A stretch of DNA of 64,000 nt. Source: Lenisia limosa (lineage: Eukaryota > Protista > Breviatea). Below, piece by piece: positions 26,071 to 37,800 of the stretch; within the stretch, counting starts at the first letter, position 1, and every line of letters begins with the position of its first letter. The notes below the pieces were generated by a model, which saw only the letters and a list, made by a program, of their open reading frames with translations, searched no databases and was not told the DNA's origin. The stretch spans positions 1-64,000 of the forward strand of contig LPNZ01009878.1 in assembly GCA_001655205.1 (NCBI GenBank), written 5' to 3'. A program made the position numbers and the translations under genes.

Positions 26071-27684
26071 TCAAAACAACGGAACCAACCTGACGAGCCT
26101 GGGGGGAGTCCCTTCATCACTAATACAGTTAGGCGGGAAATCAAATTAGTAAAGTATCAGCAATCAACATGAACAGCTGAGCCTCCTACCGGCGAGGGCT
26201 CCTGGAACGAGGGGGAGAGTGGACGTTGCGGACTGGGGTCCTTGAACGGCCTCTGAAAATGGTATAAAACACGTTTCCAAAGAAGCCTTTAGCCCGATAT
26301 TATCACAGTCTTACCGTGCAGGAGGAGAGTAGCCACGAGGGGAACGTCTTAATGGGTGAAGAAAGAGGGGAAATAACCGCTTTTCAAATAGTCATGAGAA
26401 GAGACACGTACCTGACAGGAGAGCGACGGGAGTAGGGGCTACGTGATCTGCGGCGAACGGGGGAAGGAGAGTAGCGGCGCCTAGAATGATCAGCACTGTT
26501 AGATAGGATGGAAATTAAAAAATTCAAAAAAAATTACCTGGGAGAGCGAGATCTACGAGGGCTAGGAGTATAGCGACGACGAGGGGGGGTTCTTGTGTAT
26601 GAATTAATATGATAATAAAGCACAAAGAAAGGATATGAAAATAATGATAAAAGAGAGACACAAAGAGTAAAGATGTAAGAATAGTGGCATACCTTGAACG
26701 ACGACGACGAGGAGGCGATCTGCGGTAGCGGCGGTCATCTTCGGAGACTCTCATTTCTTGCGAGGCTACAGGGTGAGGTATATCAGGGGAATGTACAAAA
26801 GAGGAAATACAACCTACTTTTGCGGTGTCCTTGGGCCCAAAGAATTTTCATTGGAACACCATGAAGAACCTGATCTTCCATCTCCTTCTGAAATGGTGAG
26901 TAATAGTGGGACAACAGCCAAAATAGGAGCTAGCTTAAATATATCTCGTTTCTCTTCGCTCATTCAAAGGCTGTTTCCTTTTTCTCAACCCACATAGGCA
27001 GCTTCAGCATCACGGGCATCTTCATAAGTGACATACGCAAGGCCGCGGGGCTCACGGGTGCGATAGTCAAGGGGCATGTAAACATCACGCACTGGGCCAC
27101 ATTTGGAGAAGAAGTCCTTAATATCTTCTGACCTAAAAAAAGGAAGTTAACTCAATATTTCAAAATTCAATCTTTCTTCGCATAATGAATCCAAAGGAAC
27201 CATTAACTAACGCAATTCTATTGTGAAACTGTCTTGACTGTATCACTGATTTGGAATGGGGAAGGGAGAGAAGTTCCTTGTTGGCAAAGAGTTTGAAAGC
27301 TTGGGAAGGTTTCATATTTGAATGAGTCTTGAATATGTTGAAATATAAGTTGGCGGTAGGTTCTTGACCTTTTCTCTAAAAAAACAGTAAATCCTTCAAA
27401 CAACTATGCGTGTAAATTCTATCATTCCGTCTCAATTTCAATAATAAGTAAACATTGAACAACATAAGAACACCCACAAACCTAGTTTCACGCTTATTCA
27501 GTCCACGAAGAAAAAGAGCTCTCACTTCACCACCAGTAGTTGAAACTGGGGATCTAAAAGAGTTACTTTAGGCTCATTTGAATGACAAAAGAAGCAAAAA
27601 CGGCTGCAAATGAGAATACCTTGAACGCCTAACAGGGGAACGAGAGCGACTATACCGTCTACGGGGAGGTGATCTTGAAGACAT
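26071..27684 (-). CDS. SR splicing factor, SRSF10/12-like (one RRM plus RS domain)
   Basis: RALFLRGLNKRETR|SEDIKDFFSKCGPVRDVYMPLDYRTREPRGLAYVTYEDARDAEAA, ILWAQGHRK, then RS/SP repeats. 3' end approximate. Confidence 0.85.
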
Positions 27685-28002
27685 ACTTATAAGCTACTGC
27701 CAAAGAGGTTTTTTGAAAGAAAAATAATCGATGAAATAGAAAGATGATCTGTCTGATCATCCTTCCTCTTTCTAAACTGTCCTTCTCACACTGTGTGTTT
27801 TCAATTTGGTTATTAACACAATTTTAGTACTATTTATATGGTTCAAATTTCAATAATATTCATTCACTTCTTTGATTTTCAACATTTAGCAAAAATATCT
27901 AATTTCGAATATTTACCTTGACGAACTGAACCTTTGTCATCCATTTTTCTTTAAGTGTAATTGTTTCAAAAGGTCTTTCCTTTCCCTTTTACCCAGGACA
28001 AA

Positions 28003-28811
28003 ATGGTATGTTAACTGATTGATTCACATGAGAATATTTGTATAGTTGAAGCTGAAATTGTAAAATATGTGCAAGTGTTCTTATTAATACAATGTGCCTT
28101 ACTGTTCAGAAACACTTCGCTGTTGTCGGACGCCCTATCCCCACCGAGAAGGAGCCTTGCCCAACCATCATGAAGATGAACATCTTCGCTGAGGATGATG
28201 TATGAGGGAAATGAAGGCCATTTAGTTGTTAATTTCTTGCTCCAGTGACAAATTGATCACCTTGTAGGTTAAGGCTAAGTCCAAGTTCTGGTACTTTGTC
28301 TCCCAGCTTCGCAAGATCAAGAAGACCAACGGCGAGATCCTTGCCATCAACCAGGTTTGCCAGCTTTTGTGTGTGTTTTTTTTCTGGTTTTTCTTGTGGC
28401 TATAGTCTTTTTCTCATGTACCAAGGTTTTCGAAAAGACCCCCACTGTTGTCAAGAACTTCGGTATCTGGGTTCGTTACACCTCTCGTACTGGTGTTCAC
28501 AACATGTACAAGGAGTACCGTGACGTGACTCTCACCGGTGCTGTTGATCAGCTTTACTCCGAGATGGTAAGCATTTTCTACTTTTTTTTGACGTTGTAAC
28601 TCTTCAGGCTTCTCGCCACCGTGCTCGCAAGACTGTTATCCAGGTCATGCGTACCGCTGAGGTCAAGGCCGCTGACTGCCGTCGTGCCAACACCCTCCAG
28701 TTCCACAGCGAGTCTGTTGCTTTCCCTCTGATCCGTTCCAACATCCGTGTTGCCAACAGACAGTTCAAGAAGACCTTCTCTGCCAAGCGTCCCACTCTCC
28801 ACCTTCGTTAA
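28003..28811 (+). CDS. RPL18A: 60S ribosomal protein L18a (eL20)
   Basis: [56 protein letters not shown]. Confidence 0.97.
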
Positions 28812-29228
28812 TTTGTGTTTCGATACACTGCCTGGGCAAAACACACGTCTGGTGATATCTATATATGTCTGTGTTTTATGTTTGCGATGCTAACTTGACA
28901 GGAAACAGGAGTCATTGCCTTTGATAATCGTTTCACTAAAGTTTGACTATCCATGTCCGCCCAACCCCCCCTCTCTCCCGAAGTACAAAAGAGTACTCCA
29001 GAATAAGCGTGATAGGCGAACTAAAAAAGGCTTCTTGTCTTGTTTTCAATGAAATGTTCTCTGTGCACCCCCACTTCCCTAAAACGCTACCTCGGCTTTT
29101 CTCACTTCTACCTCTCTATAACAAACAAACTTAACTAAACCTCTTTTCTTCTTTTTAATATCAGTAGATTTCACATCAGGTAAAATACTTCATCCATGTG
29201 ACTACCTGTGTTACCATGAGCCTCTACC

Positions 29229-32200
29229 ATGTTTTCTCCAAAATTACCATCACCACTCCCAACAGAGCCTGATGATGATCTCTCCCCCCACCTATCCATT
29301 ACTCCCAACTTAAATGATAACCTGAAGAGATCGCAGAAGAATAAAGTAAGGACCTGTTCCTTCTATCCTATGCAATGTTCCCCTTCCTGTTTACAGCTAT
29401 TCATATCATGACATTAGGTCCATTGGGCTTTAGAGAGCTCAACACATATGTCGATATTTATGAGTGTGCATTAGATTTGGCTGAAGCGTTTTTATTTTGC
29501 AGGAGAATGGTCTGGCCAAAAGCCCATTCACCCCATCCACTTCAACACATATTCCTTTCCAGTCTCCAAATCTCAAACGTCTTTCTTCTTCAAACCTTAG
29601 TATGTGGTTGAGTTGGATGTTTTTGGAATAGCTGTTTTACTGTTTCCCCTTCAGTTACTTGTGACCAAGTCCACTCATCCCCTGCTGCTACCACCACTAG
29701 AGCCCTCTTCCACAGTCAAACAAGCCAAAACTCTCTTTCTCAGGTTGGCTCAACGTTCAGTTGATGGTTCCCCTCACCTAGCTAATTCTGCAGAACACAG
29801 ATAACGGTAAAGAAGGTGATGGGGACCCTGTGCATCGACCTTTTTCAACACTCAGCCCCTCTGAGGTTTGCTAAAACTATGCATTATGACCTCATCGTTT
29901 TCTGCCGTTGAGCTCATTTTGACCTTCAGCCTCGTTCGGCAGTGTTAGAACAAGCTCTTGCCAAACTGAATGAAAGGCAACACCAAGTGGTAACCGCTGA
30001 TGCCGAGCCAACAATTGTTGTTGCTGGACCAGGGTCAGGTAAGCTAGCTAGGCTTCAGTATTTTTTTTTTTCATGTTAGATGTTGTTTCACATGTACTCC
30101 AAATTTTTTCAGGTTATGCTGGTGATTGTGCTTATTAGTACAGGGAAAACGCATGTAATCACGACACGGATAGCTTTTTTGATTGAGGCACTTAGTATCA
30201 GGAGTGACAACATCATTGCCCTCACGTTTACTAATAAAGCTGTTGGCCGGGTAAACTCATAACCATTCATCCAAGAACTCCTCCGAAACTTGGGTCACTT
30301 TATAGGCGCGTGAGATGTCTGATCGTTTAATTGCAGTGGTTGGTAAAACAGTAGCAAAGAAGGTATGCTTGTTGTCTCTGAAGAGAATCCAGCAAACTTA
30401 AACCTTATGAACAAATTGAACTTCCTTATGGATTTAGGTTACCATTTCGACCTTCCACTCTTTTGGTCATATTCTTCTGAGAAAAAATGCGAAACTTGCA
30501 AATGGTTTGCACTCATATAATGTCAAACGGAACTAACCAATGCAGTACCTTCGTCATTTTCGATCTTAGACGGTTACGATATGAAGAAGCTTGTCAAAAA
30601 GTGTATCACTGAAGTCCTGTCCCAAGGTAGTCATCATGCAAGAGACTTTTTATGTCGCATTCCAGGGCAATTTGCTGAAGGAGCCCCATGTGCACCAGGC
30701 CCTTTTCTGTCAGCCATTTCAACCCTCAAACATTACACAATCACAGCTGATACTTTTTCAGTCAACCCAAAGGCGGTCTCCGCTGAGGTGAGCGGTCATA
30801 AAATTCGATTACTTCGATCTCTTCACTCCTCCTATCCTTCATCTATTTCAAAGACATTGAGCTTGATCACAAAAATAAATGTGTTGTTACCACCCCACCC
30901 CAAGGTTCTGAAGCACTTAGACTCCTCAGTGTCTTCGGAGTACCACTCCTCAGTATTGGCCCCAGTCTACCAAGTGGGTGTTATTGCCTGTGAGTTCTTT
31001 ATTGTCCAGCTTTACTCCTCATACTTGGAAGTCCATGGTGCACTTGACTATGACGACCTAATAGTCAAAGCCACTCTCATGATGGAACGATTACCCAAGA
31101 GCCATGTAAGTGGAATAAAAGAGTGATTGACATGACCTTTTCAATGATTTCTGATTTTAGTTTCTTCGTACACGCTTCAAGGCCATCTTAGTTGATGAAT
31201 GGCAAGATACGAGCAATTTACAGGTATCAAAGGGGTTCTCAAGCCTCCGCGCTCCAATATCATTTTTATTTTCCTATGACCATCAAGGTTCGAATGGTTG
31301 CTGCATTGGGAAGGTCGTCACACTCCGTGATGGTTGTTGGTGACCCGGTAAGAGGGACCGTATAACGAACTAGTATGGTATGATAAGAGCGGTATTTTGT
31401 CACCAATGATGCATATTAATTAAATGCTTGTGCTGTGTTCTCTGATTGAGACGTGTTTGACTGTTAGGACCAAAGTATTTACAGCTGGCGGCATGCAGAT
31501 CCCACAAATCTCAAGTGAGTGGAGAGATTACCACGTGAAAGCACTGGGTATCCTACATTGATGACTTGACTCCCTCTTTGAAGCCTTATTTCTGCAGAAC
31601 TTTCCGGCAACATTTCCCAGCAACCGTAACTATTCATTTGACGGACAACTATCGTTCCACCTCGCAAATCCTTTCAGCGGCTGCGGCTGTAATAGCGTAG
31701 GAGATTGGACTTGGCTCACGGACCCGTTGAATTCTTATCCCAAGCAGGGGGTCGTCGTCGAAAGAGTCCCGTGAGGCGGCAACGTCACCCCGCGTGGGCC
31801 CTGCAGTCCAGCTCCATCGCCACGCTGACATGGACTACGAAGCGCGTTATAGTGGGAAGGGGGCAGAGGTTCACTATCTTAGACAATTTTGACGCTTTCT
31901 CCAGTTGCGCGTCAAATGAAAGAGAATCATGATGAAGGAGTCAGCTTTTCGGACATGGCCGTTTTGATCAGGTAGGAGGAATATTTCCGACATTTTACTC
32001 TTCAGGGCCAATCACCTCATTCGACCATTTGAATTGGCGCTCACTAAGGATGTAGGAAGGGGCAAAAGCTCACTAAGGAAGAGGGAAAGGGGCAAAAGTT
32101 GTTTTGAATCGAGATTATTTCATATAATTGGTCCCCACATTTGTCCAGAACTCCTCTCCTGCTATTGTTGAGACGCTAACCCTGTAGCACATTCCATACG

Positions 32201-34779
32201 TTGTCCGAGGAGGCACAAGACTGTTTGATAAACCACAGGTCAAGGCAGTTATCTCGTATATTCGCTGTGGGGGGGGAAGCAGTCCACCGCAGTCCTATAT
32301 TATATTCTTTTTTGACGTTCCTTTTCTTGACCGAATTCATGATACACAGTTGCTGTAAACCCCCGGGACGAATCCGCCTTCGATGAATGTATTAGAGTGG
32401 GGGGGACAGCAATGGCTTGGAAGAGAGCAAAAAAGTTTATTTTGGAGAATATGATAATGAAGAAGAGTTCTAGGGTGAGACAGGTGATCTAAGCTGGCGG
32501 AAATCCGGCGAAGACCGTCTTAAGTCCCCTTTTCCTATCTTGTTTCTAAGGAAAAACGCTTGAAAACTGGTTTCTGGCAATCCCAAAAAGGAGGTAAACC
32601 GCCAATCTGGGGTCCTCAAAAACTTACAACAGCGACAGAATGACTTTTCTTTTTTTTTATAAGCTATTTTGTGCCCAGGGGAAAATACGGTAATTTTTGG
32701 GTTCACTCTTCTCTTTCTTTGACCCCCCAGAACCCCAAAAGAGGGATTGGCCCTCAAACCATCTCCTCAATCACGGCATGTGCAATGAAACAGGTGAGTG
32801 GTTGTGGACTGATCTCCTTAATTTACCCAAGAATTGTACCTATCCCCTGGGATTATAATCACAATTAATATGGATTCCCATATTCTTACAATAACCCGAA
32901 CAGAAAGTTGACATTCTTCGTCTTGGTATTGCGGCTGTTAAATCAGGGAAACTGCCTGGTGGCGCAAAACTTCGAAAAGTCAAGGAGGTCCGAGTGGTTC
33001 CTTTTTTATCTTTTGGCCATTTATTGCCTCATTGTTTAGATGAAGGCATTCTTCAACTTGATTATTGACATCCGCGCTGCTGCGGCCTCAGCGGTTCCGG
33101 TAACTGCAATGATCAAGGGCATTTTGGAGGAAACAAAGGTGTGATGTGGCGCTGTCTCTGATTTACTGGAATTCCACTTAACATGATAGTTTACGTTTAC
33201 CTTATTTGAGCGTTTTCCTCATTGTTAGTTCCCTCATTGCCTAGATTGGAATCGAGGGTGACAGACAGCATGAAGTCTCAGAAAGTCTTTTGGTGGGCGT
33301 GCGTCCTCGTCAAATATGACTTCACGTTGTTTCATGTTACTTTGTGAATATTTTTCAAAATGTCACAGCTGACCCTCTGTAGGATCTCATGAAATCAGCC
33401 GAAATGTTCGATAGCGATCATCCACAAAATGTAGGGGTTGTGTAGGCAATTGTGACCTGCTGCGATGAGTTACAAAGTAGTCGGTATCCTCGCAGTCGTC
33501 GAACAGCAGTCAGCACATGATCCGAGGCTGTACTCCGAAATACACGGTTTTGGATGAGGACACGGTAGGCTTCAGCTCTCAATTGTCGTTTTAGTTAGTC
33601 TGTATTTTACTGCTTCAGCCTGTCATTCAGTTTTTGGCAGAATCCACCCTGTATGCTGATGGTGATAGTGAAGGCACTGGTGAGACAAGGATAGGGAATA
33701 GTCCCAAACATTACATGTTTCAATATCTTGAGCAAACCAGAAAATAATCGTGTTTGATTTCTAACGAATTAGGCGGAGCCGTGTGTCTCTCGACCTTGCA
33801 CGCGGCTAAAGGCCTTGAGGTAGGCAAGAAGAGAATCAGTAGTTTTCACGATTCCAGTGGTCCGACGTTTACCTTCCGACACTTTGTGCTGGCATTCTTC
33901 CGCATGCAAGGTTGGTACAACACTGAAACATTGGTTACCTTCAAGGGTACAGGAGGACGAAGCCTCCCTTGATGAAGAACGCAGATTGTTTTACGGTAAG
34001 TTCAATGACTATTAAGTGATGGGTTCTTTCCATTGTTTTATTTTAATAGTTGGGATGACACGGGCAAAGCGGTTTCTGTCTCTCTCGTGTGCAGCAAGCT
34101 ATAGCACTTTTGGCAATATCAAGTGAGCTTACTTGAATGGCTGCGTTCAGCTAACTGTGCTGTTCAGGTATTTGGTTCACTTTTCAGAGCGTATCAACCC
34201 TCACCGTTTCTGAATAACTTACCTGCCGCAATTGCAATTCGAGATCATGCGAAAGAAGCCAAAATAGCTGGTTAGTGTTCTCATTATGCGAGTAGAACTG
34301 TTTGACAAATGGACTGACTGAACCAGAAAGGCGAAGGCAAATGTTCTCTCAGGCAAACGTCCAAGCTGATAGTAAAAAAGGTTGGTATCAAGACGACCTC
34401 ATACAACCCTCTGATATCAGCATAATAAAGTAATACCCCCCGATTCTTATCCTCTTCCAGGATCCAGTCAACGCAAAACCGAAACTCAAATTGGTGAGAA
34501 TCCTACCCGACTGCTTCAGTTTTTTTTATTGTCCCTCGATGGTGTTCAAAACTACATTTTACAATGCAGGTAACAGCATCTTCCAAGTTGCCTCTTTTTC
34601 CTCCGCCGCTTCAATGCTTCCCGGTAACTACAAATCTCAATCGGCTGAGTTCAAGTCACAGGTATGTCCATTATAAGATGGCAAAACAGGAGAGAGAAAG
34701 TCAGAATAAAATTATCCTGGAATTATCCCGAAGGCTCATTTTAATTACTTATCACTCAAAAAGGACTGAACCAACTTAG
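29229..34779 (+). CDS. UvrD/PcrA/Srs2-family SF1A DNA helicase with disordered termini
   Basis: LNERQ, VVAGPGSG|KT, ALTFTNKA|AREM, STFHS, LDYDDL, LVDEWQDT, VVGDP|DQSIYSWR, NYRST, LSTLHAAKGLE, EERRLFYVGMTRAK. 3' end approximate. Confidence 0.92.
32040..32098. repeat. ~29-bp tandem duplication spanning a splice donor of the helicase
   Basis: ctcactaaggat|gtaggaaggggcaaaag followed by ctcactaaggaagagggaaaggggcaaaag. Confidence 0.88.
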
Positions 34780-34879
34780 CTAATCGGAAAGAAAGGGGAT
34801 GTGGAAAACAGTCTGTGGGGGGTTGGGGGGGTGAACCTGTTCTAGCTCACCAATTATTGTCGTTGGACAGGGGAGTGCA

Positions 34880-37800
34880 TTACTCTCCTTGACTCAGAGA
34901 AGTACCGGACGACAATGATCCCTTATAGAGTCTTACAAGGGGATGATAAAACGATATGTTATTGTGCAATAATACATGAGATAGCTTTTTTTGGGGGGTA
35001 ATAAAAAAAAAGTGAAGTAGTGTTCTGAGAGTGTGTGTGATTGAGCTGGAGCGGGTGATGGCTGAGGGGTTGGCTACCGGTTCTGGTGCCGCCACTCCAC
35101 CTCCAGTTGCTTGAGGAAACTACTTGAATCACCATGTGTCGAGAAGGACATGCCTACTCCCTTGATGTCGAATGCTGCTCCGGATGCCTTCTGCGTACTT
35201 CCACTGAATCATGAACACTAATTTTAACTACTGCAAATTGTAAGAGGGGTAGTTGGGAGGTAGCCCCTTGCTTACTTACTTCATGTTATGGACTTCATTA
35301 TACTAGATTGAACCAGGAAATGCTGCCAATAAATCGAAGTAATTATTTGGAGTAGTTAAGGCCCCGGAAGTGGGGAGGGTAGAGGGGTCTTTACCAGATT
35401 TATGATAAAGCGGCTGTTGCTGTTAGCCAATGCTTGCAAACTGACATGGAGACGGTTTTTTTTATGCCTCCAAAGCAAACTTTAAAATTGCTTTTCATGT
35501 AATTATTGCAAATAATACGAAAAAAATTGATTTTGGTCAACGATCGGGTATTTAATATTTTCATTCTCTCATGTACAATCCGTGTTAGTATAGTGGTGAG
35601 TATCCCCGCCTGTCACGCGGGAGACCGGGGTTCGATTCCCCGACACGGAGATTTTTTTCTTTTTCCCCCTATGTCTTTTTTATTTGTCATATCCCACCCA
35701 CCACAGCCGCAGTTACTGGAGGGCTTTGACTGGCTGGGGATGAAATCTAACAGGGTTAAAAGTCTACAGAAATGATACTGTTTTCATAATGAATCTCAGC
35801 ACCTCACACCATTTCGCATTCCTGACCCTGGCAGTAAATGGGCGAAATAATGTCCAAATACGCTTGCATTTCACTGTTCTCTTGCTGTACAATTCCCTTG
35901 ATGTTGCTTTCAGTAAACTGGGACATCTGAATCATGGTGAAGGGCAGTCATGACCGAATCAGCGATAGAGGTCATGTAAAATTACCGCAAACATTGAGAA
36001 CAATGGCTCGAATGCAAAAGAAAATCATGTTGGCTAGAACTAAGAAGCCGAGAATCACCAGTGGTAATAAAAGTTTGTACCTAAAAGAGGAAGTAACACT
36101 GATAATGTGCATATGCTCAAGTAAATTCGAAGGTGAGTAAAAATGGCAAGGCCACCCACAAGAGAAGACTGTAGTAGTCCAGGTCAATAGAGCAGGTCAA
36201 GGGCAGGCTTCCAATGTTGAGTTGGAAGATTTCAAAATAGCTCAGGGCTTCAAACACATTATCAGGCCAAATCTCCGATATCTGTGTGAAATACCCCACG
36301 ATCTAAAAAATGAGGAGTTCCACAATAGCAACAAAAGACTGATTTCAATTCTCTTTCAAGACATGGTTTGGAGTATTGTTTACCATCAAGAACACACACC
36401 TGTGCGAAATTGAGGAAAATGACCAGAGGGCCGAAGTCAAAGCCCGAACTGGCCAGTTGAAGGGCCAGCACAGCGATACAAAGACCGAAAAGGAACGTGA
36501 TAACCAGCATGACCCAACTCCAGTTCGGACAGGGTGAACATGTATTGAACTGATTGTAGTAGCCTGGGGAGCATCGAGCACACAGGTAGCCTAGAACTGT
36601 AACCATATTGAATCATAAAGGCATTTCTACTCTAGAAGTATATAACTACAAGTTCTGATAAAGATTAAAAATGCGAACTGATGTAAAGTGACACTGATGC
36701 ATTTCTAATTGTGATATCTTAGAAGAGACCCACCACTATAGCCCTCTTTGCATGTGGAAGCCTCGCCACCATTACAGGCTTCGGGGGGAATGCATCTAAA
36801 TCAGTAAGTTGTCTATGTATGAACTGCGATAAGACTCTGACACACCTTGCGAATTGCGACGTGCCAGTTTGGTAGTAACCAGCCTTGGCCATCAGCGGGA
36901 AGCCAACCTCACAGTACCCGCCTTCAGGACACTTGGCGCACACGTCACCGATCCGCGTTTTTCCAGAGCTGCAGNNNNNNNNNNNNNNNNNNNNNNNNNN
37001 NNNNNNNNNNNNNNACAAGCCGACTTCTCGACGGAGCCGATGGCTCGAGTCACCTCGCCACTGGCACATGATGCACAGTCCAGGCCGGGACATGAGGGGC
37101 ACAGCATCCCGGTCGCCTGGGTGTCAAACACGTCATGAAGGAATGAGAGAGAAGTGAGGAATGAAAGATATTCTGGACTGCCAACCTGAGTAATCTGAAT
37201 CAATTGCAAAGATGACGTGTCAGCAGAAATGATTCTACTGTCAAAGGTTCCGATTGGACACTGGTAAACCGGGCCGGAAAAGGATTTTGAACCATATCCT
37301 GTTTTGGTATCAAAAGAAAATGTGCAGGAAGAACATTCAGTTATTAATGCACTTACCAGGCTGCGGGATCATGCCAACAACGACGACGAAAGGAGAACCG
37401 TTGATATGTACATCATCAAGTGTGACGGAAACCATCAAATCACCGCCGCTCCCGAGAGTAAAAGGCACTACCATCTCCTTAGTCCCCAAAGTTGAGTTTC
37501 CAATGCTTGCTGTCAGTCCTGTTGGATGAGAAACGTGATAAAAAATACCCGTAATTGTCCATATCAACTAGATTGTTCATTTTAGCTGCTGAGAACGTTG
37601 TTCGTCAGAAGTTGGACGGGGTATATTGATTGTCAGTGATTTGGGTAATGCTTAGTTCCCTCATCCCACCTTGAGACTCGACTAGTTCCCTCATCCCACC
37701 TTGAGACTCGACTAGTCCCCTCATTTCAATGGCAAAGTCTACACCAGAAATGTTCGACGTAGGGTTCAGATACTGGTCTTTTAAATGGATGATGAGGGTA

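Noticed and set aside
32149-32260. Apparent in-frame TAG in the helicase (ETLTL*HIPYVVRGG), suggesting UAG reassignment
   Set aside because: The TAG is a splice acceptor (ctaaccctgtag|). An upstream exon, RANHLIRPFELALTKD, joins to HIPY in frame and fits the family better. Several genes here also end in TAG.
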